From NCBI GenBank assembly GCA_043816185.1, contig JBDRIG010000019.1:1-10321 (forward strand): a DNA stretch of 10,321 nucleotides, given 5' to 3'. The notes under the pieces are model-generated. The model was not told the origin of the DNA, did no database searches, and was given only the letters and a program-made list of their open reading frames with translations. A program made the translations under genes and the position numbers. The DNA comes from Elusimicrobiota bacterium (lineage in GTDB: Bacteria > Elusimicrobiota > UBA8919). Shown here in pieces: positions 1-6,954 of this stretch (position 1 is its first letter; the number at the start of each line of letters is the position of its first letter).

Positions 1-157
1 AGTACGTAACTACAAGGATGCCCCTGTTCTATACTCAGTTATACCAAAAAATTGCGTTTTATAGCAATCCAAAAGTTATCCACAAGATAATTTCTGGATT
101 TTGTCCCAAATTTTATAAATTTTGTCTTATTAACTTTTCAAAGAACAGTTGGTTGCT

Positions 158-173
158 ATTATGACACAGTCTG
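158..173. mobile_element. Terminal inverted repeat of a MITE/IS-like element (other end not seen; probably outside the window)
   Basis: ATTATGACACAGTCTG; its reverse complement CAGACTGTGTCATAAT matches the MITE end CAGACTGTGTCGCAAT at 4413 and 10295 (14/16). It is followed by AATGAC (GTCATT on the minus strand). Confidence 0.55.
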
Positions 174-266
174 AATGACGGCACACGACGCACGACGATA
201 TACATATCACACGCACAATGGCACATTGTCACGGACCGTGCCTATTTCACAATTGGGGAGAATATA

Positions 267-854
267 ATGAAACTATTAAGGAAACTTTATAATTGGGTTT
301 TATCATTAACAGAATCAAAACATTCAAACTGGGCATTGTTTTTATTAGCATTTGCGGAGTCATCGTTTTTTCCAATACCACCAGATGTTCTTTTGATCAC
401 ACTCTCAGTAGGCAAACCTACCAAATCGTTTTTTTATGCAACCATTTCGACTATCGGTTCTGTACTTGGTGGAATTTTTGGGTATGCTATTGGTTATGGT
501 ATATGGGAAGTAATAAAAGGTTTTTTCTTTCGCTATGTTTTCAGCGAAGTACTCTTCCTTAAAGTTCAAGGATTATATCAACACAACGCATTCTTGGCAG
601 TATTCACGGCAGGATTTACTCCTATACCATATAAGGTTTTTACAATTGCAGGAGGAGTGTGTCACATAGGGCTTACTGTTTTTATTCTTGCATCTGTATT
701 ATCTCGGGCGGCAAGATTTTTTATGGTGGCGGGTTTGATATGGAAATTTGGAAAAAAAATAAATAATTTTATTGACAAATATTTTAATTTGCTTACAATA
801 ATATTCACGATTTTATTAGTCGGCGGATTTTTGATATTAAAAAAGGTCTTTTAA
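267..854 (+). CDS. YqaA/DedA (VTT-domain) family membrane protein
   Basis: 195 aa hydrophobic protein with AFAESSFFPIPPD and GFTPIPYKVFTI motifs typical of YqaA/DedA proteins; GGGGAG Shine-Dalgarno upstream. Confidence 0.9.
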   Translation: MKLLRKLYNWVLSLTESKHSNWALFLLAFAESSFFPIPPDVLLITLSVGKPTKSFFYATISTIGSVLGGIFGYAIGYGIWEVIKGFFFRYVFSEVLFLKVQGLYQHNAFLAVFTAGFTPIPYKVFTIAGGVCHIGLTVFILASVLSRAARFFMVAGLIWKFGKKINNFIDKYFNLLTIIFTILLVGGFLILKKVF

Positions 855-876
855 CAGCAACCATAAGATATTTATT

Positions 877-1698
877 ATGACTGAAAATACAACAACCAAA
901 AAAGAACAACAAAACAAATTTTATTTTAAATCTGGTAACATTGTAATTTATAAAGATGATATTTTAAAATTTAATACTTTGCCAAATAATTATATTGATT
1001 TAATTATCACTTCGCCACCATACAATGTTGATATTCATTATAATTCTCATGCTGACAATTTGACTTATGAGGACTATTTAGAATTTACTCAAAAATGGAT
1101 TAAGAAATGTTTTGATTTAGCAAAAAATGAAGGGCGTTTTTTACTAAACATTCCCCTTGATAAAAATAAGGGCGGACAAAAATCAGTTGGTGCAGATATT
1201 ACAAAAATTGCAAAAGATGTTGGTTGGAAATATCATTCAACGATTATTTGGAACGAAGGAAACATATCTCGTCGCACCGCTTGGGGTTCGTTTATGTCTG
1301 CTTCCGCTCCATATGTTATTGCTCCAATAGAGTTGATTTTAATTTTGTACAAAGACAGCTGGAAAAAAACGGGTGGTAGTCGGAAAAATGATATTACAAA
1401 GCAAGAATTTATGGATTGGACAAATGGAGTTTGGACATTTCCTGGCCAAAACAAAAAAGGAGCGGGTGGACATCCTGCGCCTTTTCCAATTGAATTACCA
1501 AAACGCTGTATTAAATTATTTAGTTTTATTGATGATATAGTTTTGGACCCATTTTTAGGAAGTGGTTCAACACTTATCGCATCATATTTAAACAACAGAA
1601 AAGGTATTGGAGTCGATATTGATAAAGATTATTGTGATATAGCAATCAGACGATTACGGGCAGAAGCAAAAATAGATCAACCGAATTTGGTAATTTAA
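877..1698 (+). CDS. Site-specific DNA methyltransferase, beta-class amino-MTase (probably N4-cytosine)
   Basis: Catalytic motif IV (ITSPPY) near the N-terminus, HPAPFP, and SAM-binding motif I (LDPFLGSGST) near the C-terminus give beta-class order. SPPY usually indicates m4C. Confidence 0.93.
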   Translation: MTENTTTKKEQQNKFYFKSGNIVIYKDDILKFNTLPNNYIDLIITSPPYNVDIHYNSHADNLTYEDYLEFTQKWIKKCFDLAKNEGRFLLNIPLDKNKGGQKSVGADITKIAKDVGWKYHSTIIWNEGNISRRTAWGSFMSASAPYVIAPIELILILYKDSWKKTGGSRKNDITKQEFMDWTNGVWTFPGQNKKGAGGHPAPFPIELPKRCIKLFSFIDDIVLDPFLGSGSTLIASYLNNRKGIGVDIDKDYCDIAIRRLRAEAKIDQPNLVI

Positions 1699-1706
1699 GA
1701 ACACAT

Positions 1707-2294
1707 ATGAACGAGAAAAACAAATCAATACAATACCTACTTATTGAATATTTTAAGTCGCATCCAAAAAAAGATATGACACACGGTCCAGTTGTTGATT
1801 GGGTAGAAACCAAATACAAACGACTTTATAACAAAAAACCGAGAGATACTTGGCGATCAATTAGAAAACTTCATGAAATCGGATTTTTGGTAAAAGTCAA
1901 AAAAGGAATTTATCGTTATGACCCTGATGTAGTTAGACAGAGAGAACTAGAAGATTTTACACTTGAACAAAAAGAGATAATTCTGAAACGAGATTGTTAT
2001 AAATGCGTTGTTTGCGGTCGTGGCAAAAAGGAAGGAGTAGATATTCAAGTTGATCATATAAAACCAAAATATCTGGACGGCAAATCAACGATAGAAAATG
2101 GCCAAACATTATGCGCCCAACACAATTTTATAAAGAAAACATTAAAACAAACAGAAACTGGAAAAAAAATGTTTATCCGTTTGTATGAGTTAGCAAAAAG
2201 CGAAGACAATGAAGAATTAAAAAAGTTTTGTGCCGATGTTTTGGAAACTTACCAAAAACATAACATAAATGGACATATTATTTGGGAAAAATAA
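1707..2294 (+). CDS. HNH endonuclease, probable restriction endonuclease partner of the upstream MTase
   Basis: RDCYKCVVCG...VDHIKP...GKSTIENGQTLCAQHN is an HNH/Zn motif. The N-terminal part resembles a winged helix. Starts 8 bp after the MTase stop. Confidence 0.85.
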   Translation: MNEKNKSIQYLLIEYFKSHPKKDMTHGPVVDWVETKYKRLYNKKPRDTWRSIRKLHEIGFLVKVKKGIYRYDPDVVRQRELEDFTLEQKEIILKRDCYKCVVCGRGKKEGVDIQVDHIKPKYLDGKSTIENGQTLCAQHNFIKKTLKQTETGKKMFIRLYELAKSEDNEELKKFCADVLETYQKHNINGHIIWEK

Positions 2295-2475
2295 AAATAT
2301 AGAAGACAATTCTATCATTATTAACACAAATGAAATCCGCAACATTTTCAAAGAATTTTGTGAGAATAATGGAAAATCTTTTAGCGAAATTCGATTTCAA
2401 AAATTTCAGAAATTTTTAGAAATTGATTTTTACGATTGGGTGAAAGATAATCTGAATCAATTTGAAAAACAATAA
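2269..2475 (+). CDS. Small hypothetical protein (start uncertain, possibly a remnant)
   Basis: 68-codon ORF overlapping the HNH gene end; amphipathic, protein-like sequence (FLEIDFYDWVKDNL); no family recognised. Confidence 0.4.
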   Translation: MDILFGKNKNIEDNSIIINTNEIRNIFKEFCENNGKSFSEIRFQKFQKFLEIDFYDWVKDNLNQFEKQ

Positions 2476-2487
2476 ATAGTGGTGTTA

Positions 2488-2509
2488 CTCCTGCTTTTGC
2501 AGGAATGAC
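2488..2509. repeat. REP-like hairpin ending in AATGAC
   Basis: TCCTGC-TTTT-GCAGGA stem-loop followed by ATGAC; resembles short GTCATT-ended extragenic palindromes. Confidence 0.5.
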
Positions 2510-2550
2510 TGTCACAAATTCTTAATTCTCAATTCTGAATTGCCTTTATT

Positions 2551-2622
2551 CGGGGTGTGGCCCAGTGGTAGGGCACTCGCTTGGGGTGCGAGTAGTCGCA
2601 GGTTCGAGTCCTGTCACCCCGA
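2551..2622 (+). tRNA. tRNA-Pro (anticodon GGG), no encoded CCA
   Basis: Cloverleaf: acceptor CGGGGTG/CACCCCG, D arm GCCC/GGGC, anticodon arm CTCGC-TTGGGGT-GCGAG, T arm GCAGG-TTCGAGT-CCTGT. Confidence 0.95.
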
Positions 2623-2759
2623 AAAGAATAAGGACGTTCGCGAGTTCACGGGAAAGATAAGGGCGTTCACGAGTTCATGGGTTGTGATGCATAAACACAT
2701 GAACATATGGACGCCATTTTGCAGTTTTGGACGCTGTTACCGTTGTTCGTGCCGTTGTT

Positions 2760-2836
2760 CGGGGTGTAGCTCAGTTGGCTAGAGCGTACGGTTCGGGACC
2801 GTAAGGCCGCAGGTTCAAGTCCTGTCACCCCGACCA
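2760..2836 (+). tRNA. tRNA-Pro (anticodon CGG), CCA encoded
   Basis: Acceptor CGGGGTG/CACCCCG, D arm GCTC/GAGC, anticodon arm TACGG-TTCGGGA-CCGTA, T arm GCAGG-TTCAAGT-CCTGT, ends ACCA. Confidence 0.97.
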
Positions 2837-3204
2837 TACGAAACTTGACGGATTTTGTGGGCAGTTTGTTTACTCACTCGCCACGCCGGAGTTTATCCCG
2901 CACGGCGACGCGAGCGATGCTGGAATGGGTCTCACTTCGCAAAAAACCCTGTATTTCGGAATTAAATCAAAAGGTCGGACAAAATCAAAATCAAAAATCA
3001 GTTTTTTGTTCAGCACACGGCAGTCGACGATTCATTCAAATTTTTTCTGCAAATGAGGTTTTCAACTCACGGTGTTGCACTTAATGGTTGAATTCACTAT
3101 CTATCAGAAAAAATATTGAAAAAAGAACGGGTTGACAGGTTGATGAATTAACTGATTCACAGGTCAACGCATCAATTTATCAACACGTAAACGTCGTTAC
3201 TGCT

Positions 3205-3483
3205 ATGATGTTTAAATATGAGATTACGATAACGGGCAGTGTTCAAGGAATTGGTTATAGATATTTTGTCATGGCAGAAGCACGAAGATTAAAATTAACT
3301 GGCTGGGTAAAAAATTTGTACAATGGAGATGTCGAGATATTGTTAGAAAGTGAAAAAAATATTCTTGAAAACTTTGTTAGCATACTAAAAACAAAACATC
3401 GATGGGCAAAAATTGATAATGTAAAAATTTCAGAAACAGAAACATCAAAAAAGGAGTTTTCAGATTTCAATATAATTTTTTAA
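3205..3483 (+). CDS. acyP: Acylphosphatase
   Basis: 92 aa with ITGSVQGIGYR and LTGWVKNLYNGDVE signature motifs. Confidence 0.93.
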   Translation: MMFKYEITITGSVQGIGYRYFVMAEARRLKLTGWVKNLYNGDVEILLESEKNILENFVSILKTKHRWAKIDNVKISETETSKKEFSDFNIIF

Positions 3484-3515
3484 TTTTACATTCTCAATTC
3501 TTAATTGGTTTTAAT

Positions 3516-4358
3516 ATGGATACACTTGACCCTATAAAACTTTATTTTACAAATATTGGAAAGATTCCACCTACTACGAAAGAAGAGGTAGAATTTTTAA
3601 TTCCAAAAATACGAAATTGCTGCGCTAATGCAAAAAAGAGAATGATAGAAGGGAATCTTAGATTGGTAATTCCTATCGCAAGAAAATATCACAAACCAGG
3701 AGTTTCGTTTTCCGATTTAATTGAAGAAGGGAATCTTGGCCTCATACGAGCAATTGAAAAATTTGACATCAATCGACGGTATCGTTTTTCCACATACGCA
3801 ACTTTTTGGATAGCACAGCGTATCTCACGTTATGTTTCTTCTCAATTAAAAACAATAAAAATTCCTGAACATATAATGGCACAGATGAAAAAATGGCTTA
3901 AAGAATATGAATTTTTGAAACAAAAACTTGGTAGAATTCCAATACCAGAAGAAACTGCAAAAAAATTAAAACTTACATCTGGAGAAATCGCACAGCTTTT
4001 GAAAAATTTGGAACTTTCAAAAACCGTTATATCGTTAGATATGAAGATTGATGAAGACGAATCGGTTTCGCTATCAGATATTATTTCCGACAATAAAAAT
4101 GATGATCCTGTAACGCTTATTAAATATCTTAAAATAACTAATCAAATAAAAGTGGTTCTCAAAAAACTTACACCAAAAGAAAAAAAGATAATAATTTTGC
4201 GGTTTGGCTTGGATACGGGAATTCCTTGCACACTTGAAAAAGTTGGAAAAAAAATGAATCTTAGTCGCGAAAGAATCAGGCAAATAGAAGCAATGGCATT
4301 TAGAAAAATAAAAAATGCTGTAATGAAACTGCAATTCTTAAAAAGTGAAGAAATGTAA
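3516..4358 (+). CDS. Sigma-70 family RNA polymerase sigma factor (RpoD/RpoS-like, lacks region 1.1)
   Basis: Region 1.2 (DPIKLYF), region 2 (NLRLVIPIARKY, DLIEEGNLGLIRAIEKFD, FSTYATFWI), region 3, region 4 HTH (TLEKVGKKMNLSRERIRQIE). Confidence 0.92.
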   Translation: MDTLDPIKLYFTNIGKIPPTTKEEVEFLIPKIRNCCANAKKRMIEGNLRLVIPIARKYHKPGVSFSDLIEEGNLGLIRAIEKFDINRRYRFSTYATFWIAQRISRYVSSQLKTIKIPEHIMAQMKKWLKEYEFLKQKLGRIPIPEETAKKLKLTSGEIAQLLKNLELSKTVISLDMKIDEDESVSLSDIISDNKNDDPVTLIKYLKITNQIKVVLKKLTPKEKKIIILRFGLDTGIPCTLEKVGKKMNLSRERIRQIEAMAFRKIKNAVMKLQFLKSEEM

Positions 4359-4412
4359 CGACGGTGCAAAAACGCACGAATAGTTTGTAGTGCGTAGTCA
4401 GACTGTGTCATT

Positions 4413-4529
4413 CAGACTGTGTCGCAATCCATCTTTTACTATCTATTGTTGAATTACAGTGCCATATTTTACTATTAGTTGCTATCTTCTATAAAAATGC
4501 AACTTTTTAGCTCATTGCGACACAGCCTC
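4413..4529. mobile_element. 117-bp MITE, copy A
   Basis: TIRs CAGACTGTGTCGCAAT and ATTGCGACACAGCCTC; no coding capacity; 107/117 identical (manual count) to the inverted copy at 10179-10295. Confidence 0.85.
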
Positions 4530-4586
4530 AATGTATAAGTTATGAGTTCATAATACTGAGCTTATATCGTTTTAATTATTATCAAT

Positions 4587-5099
4587 ATGAATCTTAAAAA
4601 ACTAATTCGTGATGTACCAGACTTTCCAAAACCAGGAATAATTTTTAAAGATATAACACCACTTCTTAAAAATCATAAGGGTTATAAACTGGCAATAAAT
4701 CAGATGGCAAAAAAATATAGAAATGAGCATATAGATAAAATTGTTTCAATGGAATCTCGTGGATTCATTTTCGGTGCACCTGTTGCGTTAAAACTTGGAG
4801 TCGGATTTGTACCGATAAGAAAAAAAGGGAAACTTCCATATAAAACTATCAAAGAAGAATATCAGCTTGAATACGGAACAGATATTTTGGAAATTCACGA
4901 AGATGCCATTGCCAAAGGAGAAAATGTTCTAATTGTTGATGATGTTCTTGCTACGGGTGGAACCGCAAAAGCGGTTTGTTCTTTAATTAAAAAATTAGGG
5001 GGAAGAGTTATTGGGTTTTGCTTTTTAATAGAATTATCATTTTTGAATCCACGGGAAAAATTAAAGAACCACGAAATTTTTTCACTGATAAAATACTGA
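4587..5099 (+). CDS. apt: Adenine phosphoribosyltransferase
   Basis: PDFPKPGIIFKDIT, ESRGFIFG, RKKGKLP, YQLEYG and the PRPP motif VLIVDDVLATGGT. Confidence 0.97.
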   Translation: MNLKKLIRDVPDFPKPGIIFKDITPLLKNHKGYKLAINQMAKKYRNEHIDKIVSMESRGFIFGAPVALKLGVGFVPIRKKGKLPYKTIKEEYQLEYGTDILEIHEDAIAKGENVLIVDDVLATGGTAKAVCSLIKKLGGRVIGFCFLIELSFLNPREKLKNHEIFSLIKY

Positions 5100-5113
5100 T
5101 AAAATATTAAAGA

Positions 5114-5190
5114 ACAATTAAGAATTAAAATTGAAAATTACGATTAAAGGTTTCGACATTTATAATTCTCAATCCTTAATCCTTAATTGT
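5114..5190. repeat. Imperfect inverted repeat built from AATTCTY-like heptamers (possible terminator or structural hairpin)
   Basis: ACAATTAAGAATTAAAATTGAAAATTA pairs imperfectly with TAATTCTCAATCCTTAATCCTTAATTGT, between apt and tRNA-Arg. Confidence 0.55.
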
Positions 5191-5197
5191 CTCCATC

Positions 5198-5271
5198 GCC
5201 CCTGTAGCTCAGCTGGATAGAGCATCGGTTTCCTAAACCGGTTGTCGGCAGTTCAAATCTGCCCAGGGGTA
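5198..5271 (+). tRNA. tRNA-Arg (anticodon CCT), no encoded CCA, G1-U72 terminal pair
   Basis: Acceptor GCCCCTG/CAGGGGT, D arm GCTC/GAGC, anticodon arm TCGGT-TTCCTAA-ACCGG, T arm GGCAG-TTCAAAT-CTGCC, discriminator A. Confidence 0.95.
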
Positions 5272-5375
5272 GTAACTGATGACTAAACCATTGACAAATA
5301 TGTGATATCCATTTCTTCTAAGCGAATGTCATTATTGCTGTAGTAACTGATGACTAAACCATTGACAAATATGTG
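5269..5375. repeat. Exact 36-bp direct repeat pair separated by a 35-bp unique spacer (CRISPR-like single unit)
   Basis: GTAGTAACTGATGACTAAACCATTGACAAATATGTG at 5269-5304 and 5340-5375; spacer 5305-5339 ATATCCATTTCTTCTAAGCGAATGTCATTATTGCT. The repeat is certain; a CRISPR function is not. Confidence 0.95.
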
Positions 5376-5390
5376 TAAATATGGTATGAC
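5362..5390 (+). promoter_or_regulatory. Sigma-70 promoter for tnpA-tnpB (probably leaderless transcript)
   Basis: TTGACA (5362-5367), 17-bp spacer ending in TGG, TATGAC (5385-5390); ATG at 5397 with no Shine-Dalgarno. Confidence 0.6.
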
Positions 5391-5396
5391 ATCGCC

Positions 5397-5713
5397 ATGA
5401 AATTAAGTCAATGGGCTAAAGAGGCTGTCCGACAACATAGTCCGCTTTACCGACGACACAGCGTCAGTAAAAAAATGATATGTTGTTTGTTGCCATTAGT
5501 TGCCAAATACTGCTATATTTTACAAAAAAATGACTGTTTTACGATTTGTCGGACAGCATCGGTGGAGATATATTCGTGATAGACACAAACGAAATAAAAG
5601 ATGATTTAGTTCAGGACATGCTGGATGTTTTAACTTCTTTTTGTGCAAGACTGTATGAAAGGAGGAGCGCGAAGAATAAAGCCAAAAAAGCGATAGAAGC
5701 GATAAAAGGATGA
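5397..5713 (+). pseudogene. tnpA: IS607 TnpA serine recombinase remnant with an internal deletion occupied by a MITE
   Basis: N-terminal MKLSQWAK (5397-5420) and C-terminal GGDIFVIDTNEIKDDLVQDMLDVLTSFCARLYERRSAKNKAKKAIEAIKG* (5561-5713) are typical of IS607 TnpA. Most of the HTH and the catalytic YxRVS region are missing. Confidence 0.88.
5421..5560. mobile_element. 140-bp MITE inside tnpA
   Basis: TIRs GAGGCTGTCCGACAA (5421-5435) and TTGTCGGACAGCATC (5546-5560), 14/15 complementary; boundaries coincide with the tnpA breakpoints. Confidence 0.8.
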
Positions 5714-6921
5714 TTCGTCAAGCTTACAAATACGAACTAAAACCGAATAATTTACAGAAAATGCTTCTGGTTAAGCATGCGGGGTGTGCGCGTTTTGCAT
5801 ATAACTGGGGGCTTGCTCGGAGGATAGAGGAATATAAAAAGACAGGGAAATCCTCTAACGCAATTGAACAACACAGGCAGCTAAACGTTTTGAAGGGAGC
5901 AGAGTTTTCCTGGATGTATGAGGTTTCCAAATGTGCTCCGTAGGAAGCATTAAGGAATTTAGAGTGTGCTTATCGGAACTTCTTTCGTAGAGTAAAAAAT
6001 GGGGAAAATCCCGGATTCCCGAAATTCAAGAAAAAAGGCATTCACGACAGTTTTACTTTAACGACGGGGGTAATTAGGATAGATGATACTGCTCATATTG
6101 TCCTTCCGAAAATCGGGAAAATTAGAACGAAGGAAGACACATCTAAATTCAAAGGAAGGATTATTTCGGCCACAGCAAGTCGTCAGGCGGATAGGTGGTA
6201 TGTGTCGTTTCAAGTGGAGCGGGAAAGAATAGTCCCAAACTTAAACCATCAAGGCATCACGGGTTTTGACTGTAATATCGGCGAAATTGTGGATTCAGAG
6301 AACAATCGTTATATTCTTCCCCGTCCTCTTAAAAAACTTCTATCCCTTTTACAAAGAAGATCAAATCGGCATTCAAGAAAACAAAAAAGGTCGATGAACA
6401 GGAAGAAGTCAGTGCTGGTTCTATCCAGATTGCACAGAAAGATTAAGAATATCAGGCGGGACTTTTTCCATAAATTATCCACAGACATTGCGAAAACCAA
6501 GCAGGTGATCTGTGTGGAGAGTTTATCAATTCAGAAGATGTTGCAGAATCGGTTTCTTGCACGTAGTATTATGGACGCGGGATGGAGAGAGTTTTTGACC
6601 ATGCTTGAATACAAAGTAACATGGTATGGTTCTATTTTCCTTGAAACTCCAAAATACTTCCCGTCTACTAAAAAGTGCTCTGTTTGTGGCGTGGTGAAAC
6701 CCAAAATGAATTTGTCTGAAAGGATTTTCATATGCGATGCTTGTGGGCATATGATGGACATAGACTTAAATGCGGCTATAAATATCAGAAATTACGCTTA
6801 TAGTGTAATTCCGAGTACCGGGAGTTTCCCGGGAATCAACGCTTGTGGAGAGGTGGCACAATTATGCCCCTCGTTGAAGCAAGAAGAAAGCACATTGGTT
6901 ATGGGAGACTGTAATAAATGA
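5710..6921 (+). pseudogene. tnpB: RNA-guided endonuclease TnpB with one in-frame TAG at 5941-5943
   Basis: One frame of 403 codons before the terminal stop: AYKYELKPN, HAGCARFAYNWGL, SKCAP*EALRNL, GFPKFKKK, RuvC-I GFDCNI, RuvC-II ICVESL, Zn finger CSVC/CDAC, RuvC-III DIDLNAAINI. Confidence 0.92.
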
Positions 6922-6954
6922 TAAGATTTTTGGAACGGCAATTCATCCCCACGA
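6814..6954 (+). ncRNA. Putative omegaRNA (reRNA) scaffold plus guide
   Basis: AGTACCGGGAGTTTCCCGGGAATCAACGCTTGTGGAGA...CTCGTTGAAGCAAGAA is the pattern seen at tnpB 3' ends, running to the right end (6938). The guide is inferred as the next ~16 nt (CAATTCATCCCCACGA). The 5' boundary is approximate. Confidence 0.7.

Larger units (their letters stand above)
5270..6938 (+). mobile_element. IS607-family insertion sequence, defective (tnpA remnant plus tnpB)
   Basis: Serine-resolvase TnpA remnants overlap tnpB via ATGA. The right end ...GATTTTTGGAACGG is IS607-like. GG core at both junctions (5268-5269 and 6937-6938); no TIRs or TSD. Confidence 0.85.

Noticed and set aside
76..84. Perfect DnaA box TTATCCACA (another at 6475-6483)
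   Set aside because: Isolated copies, one inside tnpB coding sequence; no cluster or dnaA context, so no origin is called.
2540..3084. ORFs 2540-2782 and 2845-3084
   Set aside because: The first overlaps both tRNA-Pro genes; the second has a TTG start, no clear RBS and non-protein-like composition.
5269..5375. Calling the repeat pair a bona fide CRISPR array
   Set aside because: Only two repeats, no cas genes or leader in the window, and the repeat is the IS left end containing a promoter -35 box. Kept as a hypothesis in findings.
5397..5579. 60-aa ORF as a real protein
   Set aside because: It is a chimera of 8 TnpA codons reading into MITE sequence.
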